52,482 nt of DNA from an uncultured bacterium (lineage in GTDB: Bacteria > RBG-13-61-14 > DRUE01). Made by a program: the position numbers and the translations under genes. Within the stretch, counting starts at the first letter, position 1; the number at the start of each line of letters is the position of its first letter. Location: contig CAZKMM010000001.1 of the NCBI GenBank assembly GCA_964553915.1, positions 1 through 52,482 of the forward strand, written 5' to 3'. Positions 8,677 to 17,668 of the stretch are shown piece by piece. A model generated the notes under the pieces. That model saw only the letters and a list, made by a program, of their open reading frames with translations, did not search any database and had not been told where the DNA came from.

Positions 8677-9945
8677 ATGGCAAAGCTGGATGTAAAAAAG
8701 CTAAAGAGTCAGGCGGAAAAATATCGGGGGAAAGGTAAGCTGGAGAAAGCCCTGGAAATCTATCAGGAAATAGAAGATGCAGGACAGGCTGATGCCAAAG
8801 TTCTTCAAAGAATGGCAGAAATTTTAATTCGGCTGGGTGAAGAGGAAGAAGCGAGCCAGAAATACCGCCGGGCAATGAAAAAATATCTGGAAGATGGCTT
8901 TTTGATTCGGGCGGTAGCTGTGGGAAAAATTCTTCAGGAATTAGCCCCTGATGATCAAGATTTACAAAAAGAAGTTCAAGAGGTTCTTTCCAGACGCCAT
9001 CCCAAACCAATTGGGAAGATTCAACCGGTTAAGATACCAGCAGATAAGCTGGAAACTCAGCAGACAGCAGAGGTCTCTGCTCCAGAGGAGCGGAAAGAGG
9101 AAGCTGAAGAAGAAATCCGGGCAGAAAGAAAAATAGAGTCGCTTCTCTTTGAACCTCTGGGGGGAGAGGAATTTTCCCAAATTTATCAGATGCTCCGCTC
9201 AGTAAAGGTTCCCAAAGGGGTGAAAATCTGCCGGGAAGGGGAGGAAGGAGATTCTATTTTTATTATTGTGGACGGCGAGGTAGAAGTGAGTAAAACTGAG
9301 CCTGAGACCGGAGAAGAAAAAGTTCTTGCCCGGCTTGGTCCGGGAGATTTCTTTGGAGAATTCGGATATTTCATAGATGGAAGAAGGCACGCAAGCGTGA
9401 CCGCACTCAGCGACCTTGAGCTTTTAGAAATCGCCAAAGCGGATATGGACGAAATTACTCAGCAATATCCTCAGGTAAAAGAGGTGATGCTCAAATTTTA
9501 CAAAGAGCGGGTATTGGATAATCTTTTAGCCTTCAGCCCGCTTACTAAAGGGTTTTCCCAAGAGGAAAGAAAAAAGCTGATTGAGAAATTCAAATTTCAG
9601 GAATATCAGGCGGGAGAGGTGGTGGTAGCAGAGGGAGAAGAAGGAGATGCGATGTTCTTGATTAAAAGTGGAAAAACAGAAGTCACCACCATTGACCCCA
9701 GGGACAAAAGAAGGCTCACCCTTGCCCGTCTGGGTCCTGGAGATTTCTTCGGAGAAGTAAGCTTAATTAAAAACAAACCCAGAACCGCGACGGTTTCTGC
9801 CCTTACCCCGCTGGAGGTAATGGTTATAGACCGAGCCAGCTTTCAGGAGCTGGCTCAGGAGCATCCAGAGATTGTTAACCTGCTGGAGCAGACCATTGAA
9901 AAAAGAGTGGAAGATACTATCAAGCGAATTCGGGAAAAAGGATGA
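8677..9945 (+). CDS. TPR-like N-terminal domain + two cyclic-nucleotide-binding (CAP-type) domains, no recognisable output domain
   Basis: Two CNB motifs: GDFFGEFGYF..RRHASVTA and GDFFGEVSLI..PRTATVSA. I use ATG 8677 (GAGG 8 nt upstream, 11 nt after the cyclase stop) rather than the track's 8596, which overlaps the cyclase by 70 nt. Confidence 0.8.
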   Translation: MAKLDVKKLKSQAEKYRGKGKLEKALEIYQEIEDAGQADAKVLQRMAEILIRLGEEEEASQKYRRAMKKYLEDGFLIRAVAVGKILQELAPDDQDLQKEVQEVLSRRHPKPIGKIQPVKIPADKLETQQTAEVSAPEERKEEAEEEIRAERKIESLLFEPLGGEEFSQIYQMLRSVKVPKGVKICREGEEGDSIFIIVDGEVEVSKTEPETGEEKVLARLGPGDFFGEFGYFIDGRRHASVTALSDLELLEIAKADMDEITQQYPQVKEVMLKFYKERVLDNLLAFSPLTKGFSQEERKKLIEKFKFQEYQAGEVVVAEGEEGDAMFLIKSGKTEVTTIDPRDKRRLTLARLGPGDFFGEVSLIKNKPRTATVSALTPLEVMVIDRASFQELAQEHPEIVNLLEQTIEKRVEDTIKRIREKG

Positions 9946-11654
9946 ACGAAAAAAAACCCAGGGCTATTCCTAAATCCACCCCCGAGGAAAAGCTTACCCG
10001 AAGCATTTTCCAGCTGGTGCAACTGGGAGCTCACCCCAAAACCATTTTAGAAAAATTTGCAGAAAAAACCCTTAAGCTTTTTAATCTTGATGCTCTAATG
10101 TTCATTTATCATCTTGCCCAGGAAGACTATAAATTGCTTTTTGTTAACCGAAAAGAAAAAAAATGGCAGGAAGTTCCAAAAAAACATCTGGAATTTTTAA
10201 ACTGGTTCTCTGGCTCGGACTGGCTCAGCTCCTCAAATCTGAAAAAGTCAAAAGAGATACAAAAGCTCCTGACTTCTCTTTCTTACCAGCCGGACTCATT
10301 CCTGGGATTTGTCAGAAAGAAAAGAGGAAAACCCGAGCTGGCTCTTTTTGTTTTTGGAAAAAATAAAAATTCACTAAAAAACCTGGAATTTCTGGGCACG
10401 CTCTTAAAAAAAGAGCTGGGGTTCGTATGTGAAAATGCTCGCCTGGAAGAAATGAACCAGCAGATGGAACAGCGCTCTCAGACTATTCTTACCATCAGCC
10501 AGATTTTAAATTCTTCTCTTTCTCCGAAAATCGTGCGCACCCGGGCAATGGAAGCAGTGGTTCAACTTTTAGGGTGCGAAGCCGGCTCGCTTTACCTGAT
10601 TGATGAAGAAAGAGGAGAGTTATTTTTTGAGGTAGCTTTAGGAGAAGGAGCAGATAGGGTTAAAGAAATTCGGCTGAAAATCGGAGAAGGTGTTGCTGGC
10701 TGGGTGGCAAAAACCGGAAAACCAGCTCTAATTCCAGATGTAAGCAAAGACCCCAGATGGTTCAGAAAAGCAGATAAAAAATCCAAATGGCAAACCAGAA
10801 ATATGATTACGGTTCCGGTAAAAAGTAAAGGGAAGGTTATCGGCGTGCTTCAGGCTCTGAACAAGCTCGGAGGCAAATCCTTTGATGAGCAGGATTTAAA
10901 ATTGATGCAAAGCCTGGCAGACCAGGTTGCTATTGCCCTGGAAAATGCCCGACTTTATGAGGAGCAAAAACAAACCTTTTTCCAGACCGCAGAAGCTCTT
11001 GCCACTGCCATTGAAAAACGAGACCCCTACACTGGCGGTCATACCAAGCGGGTAAGCGATTTTTCAATAGCAATTGGCGAGGAGATGGGCTTGAGCCCGG
11101 AGGAGCTTGAGAACCTAAAGCTTTCTGCCATTCTCCATGATATTGGTAAAATTGGAGTGGAAGACAGAATTTTAAGAAAGCCGGGGAAATTGACCAAAGA
11201 GGAATTCCTCCAGATGAGCACTCATCCAGAGCAGGGCTATGAAATTATCTCCCATATTCGCTCTCTGGAGCCGGTTATTCCGGGGATGCGATACCATCAT
11301 GAACGACCGGATGGTAAGGGATATCCTGCTCATTTAAAAGGGAAGGAAATTCCGCTTCTGGCAAGAATTATTGCGGTGGCAGACTGCTGGGATGCCCTCA
11401 CTTCAGACCGTCCCTATCGTCCGGCACTGGATGAAGCCCGGGCAATCAAAGAAATGCTGGAAAACCGGGGTAAACAGCTTGATTCCCAGACCCTGGAGGC
11501 ATTCTTTCAGGCATATTTAAAAGGAAAAATTTACACTCAGCACCGCCCCCCGGGAACCCTACCTCCAAAAAATGTGATAAAAATTTTGACAGCCCCAGCT
11601 AATCAGAATAAACTAAAAACAAACTCCCGAGCAAAAGGAGGAAAAAATGACTGA
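9942..11654 (+). CDS. GAF-domain HD-GYP phosphohydrolase
   Basis: GAF region (GSLYLIDEERGELFFEVALGE..KGKVIGVLQALNK), then HD-GYP motifs HTKRVSDF, ILHDIGKIGV, HHERPDGKGYP. The first ~170 residues are unassigned. The ATG overlaps the upstream stop (ATGA). Confidence 0.85.
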   Translation: MNEKKPRAIPKSTPEEKLTRSIFQLVQLGAHPKTILEKFAEKTLKLFNLDALMFIYHLAQEDYKLLFVNRKEKKWQEVPKKHLEFLNWFSGSDWLSSSNLKKSKEIQKLLTSLSYQPDSFLGFVRKKRGKPELALFVFGKNKNSLKNLEFLGTLLKKELGFVCENARLEEMNQQMEQRSQTILTISQILNSSLSPKIVRTRAMEAVVQLLGCEAGSLYLIDEERGELFFEVALGEGADRVKEIRLKIGEGVAGWVAKTGKPALIPDVSKDPRWFRKADKKSKWQTRNMITVPVKSKGKVIGVLQALNKLGGKSFDEQDLKLMQSLADQVAIALENARLYEEQKQTFFQTAEALATAIEKRDPYTGGHTKRVSDFSIAIGEEMGLSPEELENLKLSAILHDIGKIGVEDRILRKPGKLTKEEFLQMSTHPEQGYEIISHIRSLEPVIPGMRYHHERPDGKGYPAHLKGKEIPLLARIIAVADCWDALTSDRPYRPALDEARAIKEMLENRGKQLDSQTLEAFFQAYLKGKIYTQHRPPGTLPPKNVIKILTAPANQNKLKTNSRAKGGKND

Positions 11655-12300
11655 GGAACAAGCTCTCTTCGCAAAGTTAGGAAAAGTATTTCCCGCAGGA
11701 ACCGTGCTTTTTAAAGAAGGCGAGACCGGAAGGGAAATGTATGTAATTCAAAGCGGAAAGGTAAAAATTTCCAAACAGGTCAGAGGCGAGGAGCAGGTGC
11801 TGGCAATTCTCGGACCGGGAGAATTCTTCGGAGAAATGGCAATTTTGAACAATAAGCCCCGCTCTGCCACTGCTACAGTGGTAGAAGAAAGTGAAATGCT
11901 GGTCATAGACCCTAAAACCTTTGAATTACTTTTGAAAAATAATATTGAAATTGCCATCCGGATGATTAAAAAACTTGCCCAACGGCTCCAGGAAGCAGAT
12001 GACCAGATTGAAAGCCTGCTTTATAAAGATACCAATAGCCGGGTGGTGCATACCCTTACCAGAAGTGCTGACCATTATGGAAAACCTGTAGAGGGCGGAG
12101 TGAAAGTTGGTCTTACAGACAAAGACCTGGCAGGGAAAACCGGACTAGCCCAGAAACAGGTAGAAGAGATTCTCTCCCGACTGGAAAAAGCAAAACTTAT
12201 CCAGCGAGTTGAAGATGGGATTATCATTGCTGATGTTAATCGGCTTCGTAAATATCTGGAATATCTCAGTATGAAGGAGCAGTTTGAAGGACTGGAATAG
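11647..12300 (+). CDS. Crp/Fnr-family transcriptional regulator (cNMP-binding + wHTH)
   Basis: GEFFGEMAILNNKPRSATATV CNB motif and a C-terminal HTH (DKDLAGKTGLAQKQVEEILSRLEKAKLI). AAGGAGG SD. 8-nt overlap with the upstream gene. Confidence 0.85.
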   Translation: MTEEQALFAKLGKVFPAGTVLFKEGETGREMYVIQSGKVKISKQVRGEEQVLAILGPGEFFGEMAILNNKPRSATATVVEESEMLVIDPKTFELLLKNNIEIAIRMIKKLAQRLQEADDQIESLLYKDTNSRVVHTLTRSADHYGKPVEGGVKVGLTDKDLAGKTGLAQKQVEEILSRLEKAKLIQRVEDGIIIADVNRLRKYLEYLSMKEQFEGLE

Positions 12301-12311
12301 GAGCAAATTTT

Positions 12312-13073
12312 ATGAAAGTTCGGGTATTAGGAGCTTATGGCGGGGAAGGACCGGACCTTCGCACCAGTTGCCTTTTAATTAACGACCGGCTGGCAGTAGA
12401 TGCTGGTGCTCTCACCAGTGCTCTGAGTTTGAGAGAACAGGCAAAGGTTTCGGGAATCTTAATCAGTCATACTCACCTGGACCATATTCATGACCTCGGT
12501 TTTCTGGCAGATAACATTTTTGGAAAAAGAGACACTCCTGTGGAAATTTTAGGCACAGAAAAAAGCATTCAGGTATTAAAAAAGCATTTTTTTAACAACC
12601 GAATCTGGCCGGATTTCACCCAGATTCCCAATTCGGACCATCCGATTCTGGTTTGTCGGGCTTTTAAGCCCGGGCAGGAGATAGATATTGCTGGACTAAA
12701 AGTAAAGCCCATTCCAGTTAATCACCCTATTCCCTCGGTGGGATTTATCATTAGTGATGGGAAGAATTCTCTGCTCTATTCTGGGGATACTGGTCCCACG
12801 GAACGGCTCTGGAAAGAGGCAGACAAATTAAATAACCTCAAGCTGGTAATAATTGAAGTAAGCTTTCCCAACCAGATGGAGGAAGTGGCAAAACTTAGCG
12901 GGCATCTTACTCCGAAAATGGCAGAAGCAGAGCTGGCTAAATTAAAAGAACCACCTGCAATGGTTCGGGCATTTCATATGAAGCCTGCTTTTATCAAGGA
13001 GCTGGAGCGAGAAATGGCTCGGCTGAAAATAAAAATCACCCCGCTCAAACAGGGAGAAGTAATTGAGGTCTAG
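12312..13073 (+). CDS. MBL-fold hydrolase, class II 3',5'-cyclic-nucleotide phosphodiesterase-like
   Basis: SHTHLDHIHDLGF matches the HxHLDH core of class II cAMP phosphodiesterases. Also has YSGDTGP. 253 aa, no signal peptide. Confidence 0.7.
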   Translation: MKVRVLGAYGGEGPDLRTSCLLINDRLAVDAGALTSALSLREQAKVSGILISHTHLDHIHDLGFLADNIFGKRDTPVEILGTEKSIQVLKKHFFNNRIWPDFTQIPNSDHPILVCRAFKPGQEIDIAGLKVKPIPVNHPIPSVGFIISDGKNSLLYSGDTGPTERLWKEADKLNNLKLVIIEVSFPNQMEEVAKLSGHLTPKMAEAELAKLKEPPAMVRAFHMKPAFIKELEREMARLKIKITPLKQGEVIEV

Positions 13074-13083
13074 GTAGTGCTGG

Positions 13084-15270
13084 ATGCCTAAATCTTTTAA
13101 GCCCCCACTGGCTTTCTTGATATTCTGGCTGGCATTTAAAATCTCCGCACAAGCCCTTCCTCAAATCAATTCCCAATTACCCGTTAAAATTCAGGCAGAA
13201 AAACTAATCTATCAAAGAGAGCAAAACCTGATTATCCTGAGTGGGAATGTAGAAATAATATCCCCTCCCTGGCAAATTTTGGCACCAAAGCTGGAGCTGG
13301 ATTTAAAAACCCAGACCATCCGGGCAGAACAGGGAATAAAAATCATTCAAGCCCGAAAAAAAGGGATAAAAGAAATCCTTTCAGCCCAGAAAGCAGAGCT
13401 TAACCTGGAATCTCAAACCGGATATTTAATCTCAGCCCAGCTGATTCTTCCCACAGAAAAAACCGAGCTGAGAATTGAAGGAGATAGGCTGGAAAAAATC
13501 GGAGAAAATCTCTATTACCTGAAAAGTGGCTCCTTTACCAGCTGTCAGTGTCCGGCAGAAAAAACCCCGGATTGGGAGGTGAGGGGAAAAGAAATCCAGG
13601 CAGATACCAGTGAAAATCTAAGGATGAAGCAGGCAAGAATTTTAATCCGGGGCAGAACCATATTTTTCCTGCCTTATTTTGAATACCCTATCTCTTCGGA
13701 GCGAAGAAGCGGATTTTTACCCCCGGAATTTACCTATACCAGCCGGAGTGGGTATCAGTTCGGGGTGCCGATTTATCTGGTTCTTTCCTCCTGGTCTGAT
13801 TTAACCATCTATCCTTACTGGCTGGAGCAGAGAGGAATTCTGGGAGGAGCAGAATATCGGTATAATTTGGGACCGCTTTCCCGGGCAGAGCTGAGGGGAT
13901 TTCTTATTAACGACCGCAAGGAAGAGCAAATTAGATGGTCCGGGCAAATTTCCGGAGAATCTTCCTGGAAATCTGGCTGGCTCCGGGCAGACCTGAAAGC
14001 TATCAGCGATAATGAGTATATCCTAGACTTTGACCAGAACCTGGCAGAAAGATGGGAGCGGGCAATGGAAAGCAGATTGGTTTTTTCTCAAAATCTTCCC
14101 CGCTCCTCGCTGGCAGGGGAGTTCAACTGGCTGGATGACCTTGCCGGCTGGGAAATCCGCACCTGGGGGGAGAGAGAAGACCAGGATGAAAAAATTATTC
14201 AGCGCCTGCCCTCAATCTATTACCAGCTTTATAATCAGGAACTGGGAGCAGGCTTCGGCGCAGACCTGGGAGGCGAAATTAATTATTACTGGCGGGAAGA
14301 TAAACAACTGGGAAGAGGAATAGAAGCGAGTTTATTCCCTCGTTTAAATTATTCTCCTCGCCTGGGCTCCGGGTTAAGATTTTTTAGCTTTGCTGGCTGG
14401 CAGGCTTATGCACTGCATCCGGATTTTGAAGGGGCAGAAAATAGTTTTTTAGGACGGACTCGGGCAGGAATCAATTTGGGAGTGGGGCTGGAGCGAATCT
14501 TCTCTTCGGAAAAAACTGGAAACCGCTACCGGCATTTGTTTTATCCGGAGCTGATGGTTAATTACTATGGCAAAAGTCCTGCTCCCCGGGACTGGTTTTT
14601 TGAGCAGATTATCAATACCGAGGAATCTGGAGAAGTCGGAATCTCTCTGTTTAATTATCTTTTTGAGAAACCCTCCCAGCCTGCCTCTCCGGTCCGATTA
14701 ACCAGTGAGTTTGAATTAAGGCAGTTCTATAACTGGACTGATGAGGAATTTTCCGACCTGGAATTTCGGGGAAAGTTTAAGATGGGAAAGGCTTTAGCAA
14801 TGAATCTTCATCTCTTTTACAATCTGGAAAACTGGCAGTGGCATCGGGCACAGGCTCGGCTTTCTTATCAGGACCCCAAAAATCGCAAGGTATGGCTGGG
14901 ATATTTGTATTCTCAGGGAGAGATAAAAACCAGCTGGTATCAATATTTTCAACAGGAAGCAGAGAACTATGATTTTGGCTTGAGCCTGCCGGTATCCCAT
15001 AGGCTTGGTTTGGAATACCGGCTGAGTTATTCTGGCTATTATCAATCCCTGGTTCGCCAGAGTTTAAAGTTTGACTATCTGGCAAAGCAGAGGTGCTGGA
15101 AATTTACTCTTTATTTAACTCAAAGACTGAATCCCGAAAAGCCTGACAAGCCTCCAGAATACTCTGCCAGCGTATTCTTTCAGATTATCTCCAGCACTGA
15201 TTTTAAACTCGGGATGAATGTTCCGGACCTGGGAAGCCCGACCCTGGATTCTGCCCGGCTCAATAAATAA
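13084..15270 (+). CDS. lptD: LPS-assembly outer-membrane protein LptD (OstA)
   Basis: Signal peptide (LAFLIFWLAFKISAQA). N-terminal OstA-like region (KIQAEKLIYQREQNLIILSGNVEI..). This is followed by about 550 aa of aromatic-rich beta-barrel-type sequence. Confidence 0.8.
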   Translation: MPKSFKPPLAFLIFWLAFKISAQALPQINSQLPVKIQAEKLIYQREQNLIILSGNVEIISPPWQILAPKLELDLKTQTIRAEQGIKIIQARKKGIKEILSAQKAELNLESQTGYLISAQLILPTEKTELRIEGDRLEKIGENLYYLKSGSFTSCQCPAEKTPDWEVRGKEIQADTSENLRMKQARILIRGRTIFFLPYFEYPISSERRSGFLPPEFTYTSRSGYQFGVPIYLVLSSWSDLTIYPYWLEQRGILGGAEYRYNLGPLSRAELRGFLINDRKEEQIRWSGQISGESSWKSGWLRADLKAISDNEYILDFDQNLAERWERAMESRLVFSQNLPRSSLAGEFNWLDDLAGWEIRTWGEREDQDEKIIQRLPSIYYQLYNQELGAGFGADLGGEINYYWREDKQLGRGIEASLFPRLNYSPRLGSGLRFFSFAGWQAYALHPDFEGAENSFLGRTRAGINLGVGLERIFSSEKTGNRYRHLFYPELMVNYYGKSPAPRDWFFEQIINTEESGEVGISLFNYLFEKPSQPASPVRLTSEFELRQFYNWTDEEFSDLEFRGKFKMGKALAMNLHLFYNLENWQWHRAQARLSYQDPKNRKVWLGYLYSQGEIKTSWYQYFQQEAENYDFGLSLPVSHRLGLEYRLSYSGYYQSLVRQSLKFDYLAKQRCWKFTLYLTQRLNPEKPDKPPEYSASVFFQIISSTDFKLGMNVPDLGSPTLDSARLNK

Positions 15271-17668
15271 TCTCCCAGATATTTTCCCCTTCATCTAAAA
15301 CCGTTTTTATTTCCAGAATTTTTTTCTCCTTAATAATCTTTGCAGGAATCTTTTTCTGGTTGTGGTGAATTTCTCCGGGCAAATCCTTCAGATGAAACCG
15401 AAGCAGGCAGGAACGGGGCTTGAGCTCCATCTTGCCTTCCCGGGCAGATATGAGAAATTGATGCCCCTTTTCCGTTTTCTTTAGAATCAGCTTCCGCAGA
15501 GAATAAACACCTTTTTCATAATCTGGGCTTATCCCGTCATCTTCATAAAGAATAAATTCTCCCTGCCGGTCTCCAGGATAAAGCTCAAAAATCAGCTCCT
15601 GCCAGGGAATTTTTAAAACCGGCTCTGGTTGAAAAATCAGGATTCCTCCCTCACGAACCAGCATTGGCAAAGCAGAAAGTTCTGCCTCCAGCTCAATCCA
15701 GCCCGGTCCATAAAATGATAAATCCTGCCAGAAATCTATCCATCTTCCCTCAGGCAGATAAACCTTTCTTTTTCGCTCACCCTGCTCCACCACCGGGGCA
15801 AGCAAAAGGGAATCTCCGGTCAGCAATTGGTCTTTAATCTTTTTGGCTTGAACATCAAAGGGAAACTCTAAAAAGAGCGGTCGCCAGATGGGAAGACCGG
15901 TTTGATAAGCCAGCCAGAACAAAGAATAAAGCGTGGGCATAAACCGATAGCGGAGCTTTAAATACTTCCGGGCAATATTTAAAACCTCCTCGCCAAATTG
16001 ATATGGTTCCTGAGCCCGGGTTTTAATCGCGGTATGATTTCGGCAGAAAGGATAAAATGCTCCCAGCTCTATCCAGCGAGCAAATAGCTCCGGAGAGCAG
16101 TTTAAAGCAAAGCCTCCTATATCTGCTCCGGAAAAGCTCACGCCACAAAGCCCCAGACTAACAATCTGAGCTATGCTGGAGGCAAGATATCCAAACTGGC
16201 TGAGATTATCCCCGGTCCATATCCCGGCATATCTTTGTATCCCGGCAAAACCGCTTCTGCTTAATATAAAATGCCTTTTCCCCGGCTTGAACTTCTGAAA
16301 AGCCCGAAGTGTTGCCTGAGCCTGTTTTTGCCCATAAAGATTCCGGCAATAAGAATGAGCCACCTTCTGATTATTTATCCTGTGATACATTTTAGGATTT
16401 TCCTCGCCCCGAAGAGGAATAACCAGGTCTTTAAACCTCAATTCGCTTTTCCAGAAGCTCGGCTCATTCATATCGTTCCAGATGCCCTCTATCCCCTGCT
16501 CAAACAAAAATTTATGCTCATCTGCCCAGAATTCCTGTGCCTCAGGCTGGAAAAAATCTGGAAAAACACTTACCCCGGGCCAGAGCTTTGCCCGATATTC
16601 CCTGCCTTTCTCATCAGCAGATAAAATTCCTTTTCCCCGAGTCCTTTGGTAGGGCAAATAACCAGCATCCACTTTTAAGCCCGGGTCAACTATCGCCACC
16701 AGATATATCCCCTTTTCTTTTAATCTATCGCTTAATCCTTTTAAATCCGGAAAGCGATTTTTATCCACAGTAAAAACCTTGAAATCCTGCATATAATGGA
16801 TGTCTAAATGAATGGCACTTAAAGGAAGGTCATTCTTCTCAAATTCTTCTACCAGCTCCTCAATCTCCATCTGAGAAAAGTAGGAATAACGAGATTGATG
16901 ATACCCTAATGCCCAGAGAGGTGGTAAATAACTGGTGCCTACTAATTGAACATAAAGCTTAATTAAACCCTTAAGTGAGGGACCATAAAGAAAATAAAAA
17001 TCCAGCTCCTCTCCTCTGCCATAAATGCTGAACAGAGAAGAAAACCGCCTTCCCAGGTCAAGTTGAAGCCAGCCAGGATGGTCAAAAAACCAGCCGGTTG
17101 CCAGCCCACCCCGAAGCGAGATTAAAAAAGGAATTGAAGTGTATCTCGGGTCTTTTTTAAATCTCCTCCATCCAACATCCCGATTCCAGAAAGTCCAGAC
17201 CTTCCCCCTCCGATTAAGAGAACCATATTTATCTCCCAGACCATAAAATTCCTCTTCCGGGGAAATGTAGCGGTGAAGCTGAAATTCACCGGGAGCAAAC
17301 CTCACCCCGGCTCCGGGAAAATCCTGGCTTAATAATTTCCCTTCCTGGTCATAGATTTCAAACCGAAATTCTCCTTCGGGAATAATTACCCGGAGCTGAG
17401 AGGTGGAGATAATCAACCGCTCCGGCTCATTTTTGACCTGAAAATCTGCCCCGGGCTTTAAAATTACCGCATCCGAGATTTTTTCCTCCCACTCAGATTT
17501 AGAAGTAAGCCGAAAGCGGAAAATTCTTTTATCTATCGCCTCAATCAGCGCTCTTCCAGAAAAATAACCAAGTTCCAGTCCAAAATCCTTCTGCTCAACC
17601 GCTTCCAGCCCTAAAAAAGGCTGAGAGAAAATTCTCTTATCTTTCCGATTTAATCTTATCCTGACCAT
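15260..17668 (-). CDS. Glycoside hydrolase family 31 alpha-glucosidase
   Basis: GH31 catalytic region EGIWNDMNEPSFW and GADIGGF. About 800 aa. I start at ATG 17668 (MVRIRL..); the track's TTG at 17695 would overlap the upstream gene by 59 nt. Confidence 0.8.
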   Translation of the reverse strand: MVRIRLNRKDKRIFSQPFLGLEAVEQKDFGLELGYFSGRALIEAIDKRIFRFRLTSKSEWEEKISDAVILKPGADFQVKNEPERLIISTSQLRVIIPEGEFRFEIYDQEGKLLSQDFPGAGVRFAPGEFQLHRYISPEEEFYGLGDKYGSLNRRGKVWTFWNRDVGWRRFKKDPRYTSIPFLISLRGGLATGWFFDHPGWLQLDLGRRFSSLFSIYGRGEELDFYFLYGPSLKGLIKLYVQLVGTSYLPPLWALGYHQSRYSYFSQMEIEELVEEFEKNDLPLSAIHLDIHYMQDFKVFTVDKNRFPDLKGLSDRLKEKGIYLVAIVDPGLKVDAGYLPYQRTRGKGILSADEKGREYRAKLWPGVSVFPDFFQPEAQEFWADEHKFLFEQGIEGIWNDMNEPSFWKSELRFKDLVIPLRGEENPKMYHRINNQKVAHSYCRNLYGQKQAQATLRAFQKFKPGKRHFILSRSGFAGIQRYAGIWTGDNLSQFGYLASSIAQIVSLGLCGVSFSGADIGGFALNCSPELFARWIELGAFYPFCRNHTAIKTRAQEPYQFGEEVLNIARKYLKLRYRFMPTLYSLFWLAYQTGLPIWRPLFLEFPFDVQAKKIKDQLLTGDSLLLAPVVEQGERKRKVYLPEGRWIDFWQDLSFYGPGWIELEAELSALPMLVREGGILIFQPEPVLKIPWQELIFELYPGDRQGEFILYEDDGISPDYEKGVYSLRKLILKKTEKGHQFLISAREGKMELKPRSCLLRFHLKDLPGEIHHNQKKIPAKIIKEKKILEIKTVLDEGENIWEIIY

